From: Takakia lepidozioides
Lineage: Eukaryota > Plantae > Bryophyta
Length of the DNA: 64,000 bases
Assembly: GCA_030704615.1 (NCBI GenBank)
Contig: CM060733.1
Coordinates: 39,494,001-39,558,000, forward strand
Direction: 5' to 3'
Below the pieces are notes generated by a model. That model was given only the letters and a program-made list of their open reading frames with translations, had not been told where the DNA came from and searched no databases. The translations under genes were made by a program, and so were the position numbers. Shown here piece by piece: positions 11,472 through 22,599 of this stretch; the first letter of the stretch is position 1, and every line of letters begins with the position of its first letter.

Positions 11472-14400
11472 TCACAATTTCTCTATCACACGCAGCTTAG
11501 CACTCCTACTACGAGGATTCATATTGATTTCGTCATCGCCAGCGACAATGGGTCTCTTTGTCAAAATCACACCAGTTTTCCCCTCTAGAATGTTCTTACT
11601 TCTAACATGAACACTATCTAGGCCTTCTTTGAGGCGTTTTCTCCTCACATACTTGCTATGCCTAGTCTCTCCAGGGATGTGGCCATACTCAGGGGCCGTG
11701 ACAAACTCAAGATCGATCTCATTTTTGTTGTCCAATGACTTGCTGACACCTGCTGCATTCAAGAAAGAGTGTTTCACTATTCGGTCCTCTAAACTGTGGA
11801 AGGAGATGGCAGCTAGACGCCCCTTTGGTGCCAAGCTCACAAACGCGTCGGAGAGTGCCACCTCCAGCGACCTCAGTTCATCATTCACAGCAATTCGCAA
11901 GGCCTGAAACGTGCGTGTTGCTGGGTGCAAGCCCTTCATTCTGCCCTGCCTCCCTGCTCAGATCAAAGCACAACCTCTGCTGTAAGCCTAAAATCAGCTG
12001 TGGATTGTTGGAGGTAGCCCTTGCACGGCAATCTAACAACAGAATGGGACGGTAGCTCAGTGGCAGAGCACCCCACCGGAATGGGGGAGGTCCTAGGTTC
12101 AATCCCTTGCCCGACCACAAGCCAACGGTTTTCTGACATGGATAACCCTTTTTTGTCTCCCACAGTCTCTCTCTTCACTGAATGCTGTCACTGACATGCA
12201 TGCTCATCTGCCAATCTCACAATTTGTGTTAGGGAGGAATAGAGATCTGACCTGGAGCCTTTGGGAAAAAAATGCCCCCTCCAATGACTTGCACTAACTG
12301 AGATGTTGTTTGGATGCCACCTGACAGTCGTGCATCCACAATCTTGCGAGCCAGCTGACGCCACCGTCTCTCCTCACCATAGTCACGCAAAATTCGGCCC
12401 ACCTCAGACTCAGACCACTTGTTTAGAATCTCATCTGCTTTCAGGCTTGCCTACAGACAACATACCAGATGTTGGCAATCATTCATACCAAAGCTCCACA
12501 CAAACCCAACAATGGGAGGGGGAGCCTCCAGCTCCCTCCATAATGATAGTTACAACATCTACAACTCGGAACTTCACACTGAATCAGCAAAAGCAGATAT
12601 AAAGGTGGATCCACCCACCACACAGAGTGATCCACAACATCCTATGTTCCAACACGAAACAGAATCACTCCTACCGATGGGTCCATGCGCATGTCGGCAG
12701 GGCCATCACGCAAAAAGCTGAAGCCTCTCTCTGCCACATTCACCTGCCATAATCCCCGAAAAGCCAAATTCAGAGGATTCAGTGAATTTCTTCCATTTGT
12801 CACCAACCTTGTCATGGCGTACTATTATAGGGCACACTTTACTTTCGAAGGTGGCTTTTATCGCACGGCTGTCACCACAGCAATACAGGTTCACCGATAC
12901 AACATTCTGCAGAATAACAACCCTGGATTTGCCCACCTCATCCCAAAACCTCCAGGGAACTAAAACACTGTGAAAGAATCCCCTCCATACTGTTGGCCCC
13001 AAACTTGTTTCCTCAGACCAATGATCCATAGATAATAACCGCAGATCAACATTGCCATGTGCAGTCAACCCAGTTTCAAGGGGGAATCAGATTACAAAAA
13101 TGGTCACCTATAAACTGCGTACTCCTGACTACTCTAGGGAATACATCACCTGCATAGAAGACATGCCAAGATCCAAAAGGACCCCATCTATGCCCTCTTC
13201 CACCAGCCGTGTATCTACATCGCCCAAAGTCTTTTTGATGTTGCGAAAATTTGTACGGACTAGATGCAGCTGCAAATTTGCTACCATGCTTGATGATGAC
13301 ACACAACCCTCATGGATGCTTGCCTGAAGTCGAGGTTTGGCCTCCTCGTGTGCCACCGGGTCAACATCAAGCCCGATGAATGTTTGCAGCTCAGGGTGCC
13401 CTTTGATTATCTGTCATGTAGCACCTGCCAATTTAGATCTTACAGCTTTTGGCATCTTTTGCTCTTTTTTAGGATACATTTCACAGTACAATCTGCCACA
13501 GTTGTTCTTCTATAAATCTCCACTTCCACTAAGTGTGTCACATCTGCATCTGTCAGCTTCAATAATGCTTCATCTTGCACATGCGACCCTGTTGGTCATG
13601 AGAGCCGCACAGCATTTCCATACTGCATTGCCTCAATAAGGAGGGCTTACATGCCACAGGGTCAGTGCATGGCGCAATTCTAACCTAGTAGAACATAATC
13701 ATACAGGTGACGGTCATGAGATTTATACCATCTAGCAAAACAAATCGTAAACCCTAAACCCTGCATGAGGCTAACATGCTGAACCCACAAAACTATTATA
13801 TGCAGTAGGCTTGAAATTGACAGGCCTTCTACAATTTCTCTAGATTTACTACAAAGTGAAAAGTCAGATTGAAGAATTCCATGCCTGAGTGGCTGTAGTC
13901 CTCTTTCCTTGAATTTCCACCATTGCGGGTTAAAGCACACCTCAAACCTACTTTTCACAGATTTGAATATGCTGCGGCGGTGAAAATTTTCACGGTGTGT
14001 AAAATCATTGCAACACAGCCTCTCGGAGAATTCTTGCAACTCTGTGGACATCACGAACTCGATACATTGCCCAACTGCTCGTTTGCTTCCTAGATATTAA
14101 GCCAATTCAGTGGATGAAGTAGCCAGATACATAGCACTAAATCTGTACCCAGAGAAACTGGGAGGTTAATTGAAGAATCACTTACCAAAACTTTAAGACT
14201 ATCCTGACCTCATTACCGGATATTCAGTTTAGGCAAGGAACATACGGCAGAAGCATGGCCGCCTGCACCCAATGTACAGTCGACAAAGGAGTGGAGACGA
14301 CACTGTTCAAACTGCGCCACCACCTCCTTCAGCAGCACTGCAACATGCCCTGCCTCCTCTCCCACCCTCTCCTCTGCGGGTGAGGACGAAGAGCTCACGG

Positions 14401-14617
14401 CCCCTGCATTCATGGGGCAGAAGGCAACACATTCTGTACCGTTTCGAGAAAACCTTGCAAATCCTGCAGCTACGGAGCTGAAGGCGACGCATTCCGTAAC
14501 CCTTTCAGAAAATTTCGCAATCCCTGCACCCGTGGGGATGCAAGACACAGACACAACGTGGGTTCTCTGCCATATCCCTAGAACCTGGAAGCTGTGAAGA
14601 CCAGCGAGAAATTGCAT
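11472..14617 (-). CDS. rsmH: Ribosomal RNA small subunit methyltransferase H (RsmH/MraW), organelle-targeted, 5 exons
   Basis: Approximate exons: 14246-14617 ([21 protein letters not shown]), 13150-13410 ([19 protein letters not shown]), 12675-12743 ([17 protein letters not shown]), 12252-12450 (DYGEER) and 11472-11953 ([40 protein letters not shown]). GT-AG introns. Confidence 0.95.
12046..12117 (+). pseudogene. Degenerate tRNA-derived sequence (Pol III A/B boxes) in the last RsmH intron
   Basis: A box TAGCTCAGTGG with D-stem GCTC/GAGC, stem CCCCA/TGGGG and B box GGTTCAATCC. The acceptor stem does not pair and the anticodon loop is 6 nt. Confidence 0.75.
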
Positions 14618-15490
14618 CCTTGACAAGCGCTCGCTCCTCTTTCTTGTAAGTAGGCACTGAAAGAGCGCACAATTGTGCTGGATGTGGGTAATGGCATAGT
14701 AGAATATTATTTATATTCGTGAAATATACTCAAAACATTCCGCATGCTCGAAACTCTGTTGACGTGCGACAGGATTCTGGAGCTCCTCGGAGACATTCCC
14801 TCAACAAAAATGTTTCGAGACTCTGTATCATGACTTGCTGCTTTTACGTACATCATCAGGAAGTATGCTTGCCCGCGTGTTTTACTCACTTTCATGCACT
14901 GACTTTTGAATATGAGAGAGGGCGGAATGTGGACGAACTGCGATTAGTTGGATAATGTCACAATGCGTGTGCCTCACTTAGCCATGTCCTGTTTCTGTAT
15001 TTTGAACTGACATGAGCACTTGACCTTGGACAATTCTTGTTTTCAATGACATCCATGCAGGGGCTCATTGTGGACACGAGCAGATATGCTCATAACAACG
15101 AGAAGTAAAGACAACAAAGGGACGAGCCCTTGATAGGAATCTGCATTTATGGATTGGAAAGTAAGAAATACTCCCTGCTGGAAATCTCTAAGTAGTTGCT
15201 AATGGACTAAGCCATCAACTACCTGAACAGTATACTGTTAAACACAAAGGGGTTCACGCTTCACGCCTTCATGGGTTTCCCATCATGTTGATAGCCACAA
15301 ACATATATGCAACTGGCTAGTGAAGGCAATCTCTATGTCGCAACCAATGCCTTGCACATGGAGAGATTTCCCCATGAGCCAACCTTCTGGAGGTGAATTA
15401 ACTCCACAACAACCTGCACAGGACGAGGAAAAAATGTCAGTCTGAAAAAAAATGCCAAACGTAGTTCACATGTACTCTTCCAAGTTCTAC
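14463..15490. repeat. Copy A of a direct duplication (copy B at 40023-40860)
   Basis: Colinear matches such as GCTGAAGGCGACGCATTCC, GAAATTGCATCCTTGACAAGCGCTCG, CCTGAACAGTATACTGTTAAACACAAAGGGGTTCA and CAACAACCTGCACAGGA. Confidence 0.95.
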
Positions 15491-16078
15491 CACATTACAT
15501 CCTAAATCAATGCTAGCTAACATACGCGGGCATAAATACTTGTGTAAGGTTCACTCTACACTAATCAGGTTCTAAGAACATTAAGAGTTCTAAAGACATC
15601 AAATGACAGGAGAAATCACCAAATTAAAACTTACTGTTTCGTTTGTCACAAAACCGGCTAAACAAATCGCAAAGGTCATCTGCGCTATTCACGCTAGCAT
15701 TGACCTTAAAATTGAACGGTACAAATCTGTTGCAAAGCTCTTCTTTTCCCCAACCTTCTTGAACTTGGCAGTTGCATATCCCTCGTTGAACTTGTGCTGA
15801 GGGCCTATGCCGTAGATCTGTGAAATGAAGCTCGTCAACTCATTTACCAGGGCCAACCCCTGACGCTTGACGAAATCTTTTCGAACCGGTCTCAGTTTCT
15901 GCAAAGAGCCAACATAAAAATCTTATTATAAGCTCTCTTCAAATTCATACTATTCTTCAATAAGATAGAGGGGTTGCTGATCAAGCACCCTGCTCCTGCA
16001 AGCTCTGCAATTGGTTTCTCTGCAGGTCATGATCTGCATTTTGCTTTTCAAGGTCGGTCTGCAATCCTGGACTGCAGC

Positions 16079-16195
16079 TTTTGTAGAATATCTTGCGCGC
16101 TCTCTTGAGGGCTCCCAAGTGGAGGGCTCCCTCAAGAGAGCGTGCAAGATATTCTACAAAACGCTCTCTTGAGGGCTCCCAAGTGGAGGGCTCCC
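16079..16195. repeat. 33-bp inverted repeat plus 34-bp direct repeat
   Basis: 16079-16111 pairs with 16129-16161 (one non-Watson-Crick position); 16098-16131 is repeated at 16162-16195. Confidence 0.92.
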
Positions 16196-19100
16196 ATCAA
16201 ACCCCTTCCTCTTCTTTGTCATGATCCCCCTGCATAGCAAAAAGAAACACATCACCTCTCCACAGTTACTTGCTTACCAATGTTACAATGTGTCCACTAT
16301 GCAGTGACTACTTAACATGGGATATTACAGGACCAATATTCAGTGAGAAATTAATACTATTAACACTATTTGTTGAATTCAGAACACCACATTGGAACCA
16401 AGTTCCAACAAGCAAGTCATACTTCACCTCCACCGTTTTTGGCTTATCTGCAATAGAGATAGCGTTTACCTATTGTGCACCAGACTTGAGCATCCAAAAT
16501 ATTTCCCTACGTCAACTCAATACGTATGCAACTGGGGATTACACTACTTAAATGAAGTGATGAGATTACACAATATACCAGGGTAATCAACACGATGCAG
16601 GTAGGCAACTGACCGTGGATCCCAAACTTTGGTGAGTGCCGAAACTGGCTGTATTTCTACTTTGATCAATTGACACTAATTCATATTCAAAGTCGGTCTT
16701 CAATTTCGAATACCTGACACAGCAAAATCACAAGAATGGCTTGGAATAGCAAGAAAATAGCTTAGAATGGCTGCAAACATTCTCCCAATGTCCAAACAAC
16801 CCTAAAAGTTAGTCTCAGTCGTTGAAATATTAGCATTAGCCCAGACTACCAACCACCCAACACCCTGCTTTGTGTGATATTTCCAGAAAGGTAGTATGTA
16901 AGTCAATTCTCGCTCTGACCCACAGTAATCTACTAACTCCTTACACGAGCACGAAAGAAAACTCCTAGTCTTGATTGCAAAATGTGTGTTCTCCGACTTA
17001 CAAGAGATAGCTGGGAACCTCATTGAACACACAGTGACAAAAATGTGTATTGTCCGGCCTGTACACAAAACAGCTCATCAGCACAAAGCCCCCCCTTATG
17101 CAAAAACACAATGAGGTAGAAGCAACAGCAAGCCATGGCAGGTGGACAGGTTGAACTTCTGGGTGCCTATAAGCTCAGCACTTCTAGCGATGGCGCCTGA
17201 TTTGTCAGAGACCATATCGGTAGTCATTAGGAGCAGCTAATGCTGCTACTAAGTTTTGTCCATTCACTTACACAAGTACAACCAATACACCAGAAACTTC
17301 TGCACAGTTCCCACTTCGAGAAAACACCCTTGGCCAGTTGTGTATGATGAGAAAATGATAGTGTAAATCACAGAAAAGAGATGATCACCTTCAAAGTTGA
17401 CACTGATGTCAAATGAGGATGCTGAATCACAAACTTGAAGGAAGAAGCGATACTGGTGATCGAAGGAGTCTGACCCGTACTTATACCTGTTCTCGGAACC
17501 TCTATCTGCACATTTGACCAAGCTGCTATAACTCAACTGTCAAATTTTGAATGAGATGAATGTAGGGTTTTGCAATGACCGTTTCAGGAGAATCTGGGAA
17601 AGAATCCAAGAAGAATAGCAGTGAATACTGGGAGAAACGCACGTGAAAGAATAGCAACAAAACTCACCGTCTTCACTCATCGATTGCGCCTGCTACTTCC
17701 TCGTCGCCAAAATGGTCGCCAAAAGAGAAGAACACTGGAGGATCGGAATCAAACAACGGCAGATGGACAGTGTCAATCGACAGGAGTGATGCAGGGGTGA
17801 CAGAGATGACGTGTATGAAACCCTACACCCTAAAACTAGGGACATGACGCATGCCCTGGCCATGCCCTCTCCCGCATCCCCATCCCCCCTGCATGCCTTC
17901 ATCCTGCATTGCCAAGCATTAGATGGGGCCCTGGAGTTGAATGCGAGGGAGCCGGTTCAGCCAGCGTGGACCCCCCGCCACCCCCGCCCACCCCCGCCTC
18001 CATCGCCCGCACACCGCGCGGTAGCCCTCGGCATTATGTCCCAAGCGTTTTTAGGATACTGCCGCGGCCCGGGGCTCCCGTCCTCATGCCCGCGCTGCCT
18101 TGTTCCGCGCTCCCTGCCACCTCCGCTCCTCCTGATCGCCGCCTGCCTTCAAGCGAGCTCCCTGCCACGTTGCCCCTCCCCTGCCACGTCGCTGCCACCT
18201 GCCATACACTAATCCGTGCAGTGTATGGCAGGACCAGCAGGTCGCCATACAGTGCAATGATCAGTGTATGGGAATCCAGTGGTCGCCATACACCAATCAT
18301 TGGAGTGTATGGCGACTGGAACATGCCCTATTCCACATGTTGAATAAAAAACACAGAAATAAATCATTTAGCTTAACAAATTTAATAAAAATTGTAATGA
18401 TAATCTATTTGAAAAAGTTGAAACCCATTTAGTAATATAGAGACAACATGTTGAATAAAAACACAAAAATAAATCATTTAATTTAATAAGTCTAATAATA
18501 ATAATAATATCTATATGAAAATTGAAACCCATTTAGTAATATTAAAACACTATCTTATGTTCCTCATGAACTATGTTTGATAGATCTAGAGTATGTACTT
18601 GTTAGGTTTTATTTTTATTTTGTGTTTATGTTGGTTTTAAAAATACAAACTCAACTATGATGACTACAATATATAGAAATATAATAGAAAAAACTTATAA
18701 ATATTTTAAAAACTAACATTTGATATTACAATCTTTTTTTTTCAAATTGTCATCCATACATTTGATTTGGATGAAGTTCATACATGTGTAACCTAATCTC
18801 CATATGAACTCCCTTGTTGTTTTGTGTTGTTTTGCTTCTCTCTTCTAAGTGTTTGTCATCTCAATGTTGTTTGTTGTCATAATCCCAAAGCTAAGACCCT
18901 ACTTTTGTTTTGTATGTTCTATTGTCTCTTTGTTTAGTCTTCTGAATAACTGTCATTTCCTTCAAAATCTGGGTATTCTTATTTGCATGTTCTATGTCAG
19001 TCTAGTCTCATAGCTTAGTCTCATAGCTACAAGCTTCATTTTGCTATGGCTATTCCTCTTTGTCTTTGATATACATAGATATACTATTTCATCTCACGCC

Positions 19101-20207
19101 TTTATCATTTTATCATACAATACCCTTGAACAAATATGTAAGAGAATGTAGGGTTTAGGGTGTAGGGGTTTAGAAAATCAATATGGAAGATGACGATGAT
19201 CTTGCAAATGATGCATTTATTTATCTCTCGGACTTTGAGGATGAGCTAGAATATGTCGCAAGTCTGGAGGAGACTTTTATAGGTACACACATACGTGGTG
19301 AGCTTCTTTCACCTCCCTTTTTTGATGAAGCATATTTTCAGCTTTCGGATGTTGAGTCGGATATTGAACTGGTTCTTCAAGATTGGTCTTCTCACTGTCC
19401 CTTTCTTCTTGTAAACGAATCACAACTTAAAGAAGAAACTCATGCATTTTTTTGATATTCTTATTCGTCTATCATGTGACGTATCTTGTGGGGCGTTCTT
19501 GTTCCATTTTCAATTGCGTTTTTTTCCACTTCGATGACATTGAAATATCGTGATGCGTTTCGTCTCACGTGTCTTTGCATGCTTCACATGTCTCAACACA
19601 CCATGTTTCGTGCAAATTTCATCAAGGGTCATCTCCAAAGACTCTTGGGAAACATTGTAAACCTCGTCCCAAAACGACTTGTTACACACAGTACATGATG
19701 TAATACATTGTTTGACAAATGATGGTGGAATACCACCTTGTCTTCCATCAATGCTCTAAGTATTCTTTACCGTAGCAAACGTTTGGTACAACGGTAAGTG
19801 ATTGTCACCATTTTGAACGTGAGCTTCGGCAATGATGGACACCCAATTTTCCAAGCAAGGTACTTGCCTATTTTTTGCATCAGTTCTCGGAACTAAATTC
19901 TTACCTCCTTCAAAATAATGCACCTTGTAGTTGCATTGAAGATTTTTCCATCTTTCAAGGGTAGCTATGGGATCATTTGCATCTATAGAACGTCCATGAC
20001 TATGAGTGATAATGATGTGGAACCATGTGCAATGGGTGACGACCCTTCTCTATGCACTTTCGGGAATATAGAGATAGAACGTTCTCCAAAATTTATTCAA
20101 TTTACATCTGGAAGTAGGAGCCTCATGATTGAATGTTTAGAGGCAAATATTTTGCCGACATTTGCACGTATTGTTGATCCCAATTTCCGACCACTGGAAA
20201 GTTCCAT

Positions 20208-21150
20208 ATGCCTCTTCGTGCTCGTCAAATTCGGATTCGTGTGTTGTCTCCAATCCTTACTATATACGTTCATAATAAGCATAGTGGACATCGTCCCGGG
20301 TCTGAGGGTGACAAGTTTTTTCTACCGGTGCATCCTAATGTGATTGCTTTTGCAATGGAGAATTTGACTCGAATGGTATCAACTTCAACGGTTGCGCTTG
20401 CAAGTACGAGGGAGGACCAAAACATTCAAGCTATGGTTTCCGAGTTGGAGCGTGCTACATACCGGTTTTTCCTCATTCCTAAAAAAGTGGAGCAATTGGC
20501 TTATTCAATGCGGTTGAATGGTAAATTTCTCGCTCAAATGATTTGTTTATACCTACGTAATAATTGATATTTTGATCGAGTATCGCATGTTTATAATGGA
20601 TGTTTATAATGTGGATTGTGGTAAATGCATTGTGTGCCGACGATTGGGATGCCGCTCAAGTAGAAGTATTTAGACTTCAACAACAAAAGAAGGTTATTTT
20701 TTATCAACCTTATTGTCCCACTCATCGCAACCCAAGGAAAAGGCCATTTGTTGCGGTTATACAAGACGATTTCATGACGACTAATGCTAGAAGATTTTTT
20801 AGTGGACAATCATGGGCATTTGATTCTACTTTCAAAACAAATCAATATGACCTTCCATTGTATGCCACCGTTGTCCCAAATCAAACGGGTCGTGGCATGC
20901 CAATGTTTTATATGCTATGTTCCAAAGACAAAGATAGCGGACAAGAAGGGACGGCGATAGAACTTGCCTTAAAAAGTGTGTTTTCCAATATTGGGATCGT
21001 GAGACCTTCAGCCATTGTCATAGACAAATGCAAGACAAGTGTCGATTCCATTAATGCGGTTGTGGGGGCTGATCCATACTGTTGGAAAAATGGGATTATT
21101 GGCAAAGAACAAGTTGCGGGGAGAGTACTCTTATGTCGTTTTCATGTCAT
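20208..21150 (+). pseudogene. MULE transposase fragment
   Basis: HNKHSGH, PFVAVIQ, WAFDSTFKTNQYDLPLY, SAIVID and VLLCRFHV. It stops before the third catalytic residue. Confidence 0.82.
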
Positions 21151-21239
21151 TTGCACTGATCTCCTCGTTATGGATTTCAGGTCAAAAACAAAATCTGGGT
21201 TATGGCCTATTTGCTCACCTGACCTTAGAACTTAAAACA

Positions 21240-21790
21240 TAGAACTTCAATGCTTAAAAAAACAAGACACTATGAAGTGGAGATAAACCCTAAACTACCT
21301 CGTGTATTAAATTCCATTATCCAAGAATACACATATATATGTAGTTATACAATCCTAGTGGAATCATAGATTAATGTTCATAAACTATGTTTTATATCTA
21401 TTCACAAATGTATTTAAAACTTGAAGACACCCAAAGCAAAGAGGATAGAGAAGAGAACTTAAAGCAAAGAACTTCAAAAATTGAAGAGAGTTCAAGAGAA
21501 CTTCAAGCAAGAGAATTTCAATGCTTTAGAAAACAAGACACAATGAAGTGGAGATAAACCCTAACTACCTCGTGTATTAAATTCCATTAACCAAGATTAT
21601 ACCCAATGTGAACCCTAAACCCTCAACCCAACAATGTTCATAAACTATGTTTTGTATCTATTCACAAGTGTATTTAAAACTTAAAGAGACCCAAAGCAAA
21701 GAGGATAGAGAAGAGAACTTCAAGTAGAGAACTTGAAGCATTGAAGAGAGTTCAAAAGAACTTCGAGCAAGAAAACTTCAAGCATTGAAG
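21240..21790. repeat. Imperfect ~270-bp tandem duplication inside the MULE
   Basis: AACAAGACAC..GAAGTGGAGATAAACCCTA..CCAAAGCAAAGAGGATAGAGAAGAGAACTT occurs twice. Confidence 0.8.
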
Positions 21791-22599
21791 CACAAAAAAA
21801 TAAAATGGAAAACACAAAGATTATAAGCAGCAAGGAAGAGTTGATGAAGCCATACCTTAACTTGTAGACCAAGAACTTCACGGGAGAGAGGAGCTGAAGA
21901 ACTTCCCCGTCGAAGAAGAGAAAGGCCGAAGAGAAGAAACGTTGAAGAGAAAACACGATCGATGAAGTGGAGGATACAAACCCTAAAGAGGATTACATCC
22001 ATTTTTAGCCTTATCCATCCATCCAAAAATAAATTCATTCATCCAAAATCATGTGGGTCGCCATACAGTAATCTTTACAGGGTATGGCGACTTGCTGGAT
22101 TCTCCATACCCTGTAATGATTACTGTATGGCGAAAAATTGGCACGTGGCAGGAGGAGGCGACGTGGCAGGCGCCTGATGGTAGGGCCCAAGAAGAGCCGA
22201 GGTGGCAGCGACGTGGCAGGGGAGGGGCAACGTGGCAGGGAGCTCGCAGCAGCGTGGCAGGCAGCGATCAGCGATCAGGAGGAGCGGAGGTGGCAGGGAG
22301 CGCGGAACAAGGCAGCGCGGGCATTAGGACGGGAGCCCAGGCCCATGGCAGTATCCTAAAAACGCTTGGGACATAGTGCCGAGGCGCGGCAGCCCCTCCC
22401 GCGCCTCATGTTCCCTCTGCCAAGACATGACACATGTCCTCTCACCCATCCCCATCCCGCCTCCCATCCTAACCTCATGCATGGCATCATCCTCTATCCC
22501 CCCTGCATGCCTTCATCCTCCCCATGCCACATGCTTGCTTCCATTCATACATGGTATCCCCAAAACATACATCATGCCCTCAATTCAAATTCATTCTGA

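Larger units (their letters stand above)
18026..22384 (+). mobile_element. MULE with long TIRs and a 9-bp TSD, internally deleted transposase
   Basis: TIRs CCTCGGCATTATGTCCCAAGCG... and ...CGCTTGGGACATAGTGCCGAGG. TSD CGCGGTAGC (18017-18025) vs CGCGGCAGC (22385-22393). Confidence 0.9.

Noticed and set aside
12046-12117. Functional tRNA gene
   Set aside because: The acceptor stem does not pair, the anticodon loop is 6 nt, and there is no immediate oligo-T terminator.
11472-14617. Bacterial contamination or recent horizontal transfer of rsmH
   Set aside because: It has spliceosomal introns and an N-terminal targeting extension, as expected for the normal plant nuclear gene.
17344-17406. Box C/D snoRNA (ATGATGA...CTGA)
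   Set aside because: No convincing terminal stem or recognisable rRNA guide; the motifs can arise by chance.
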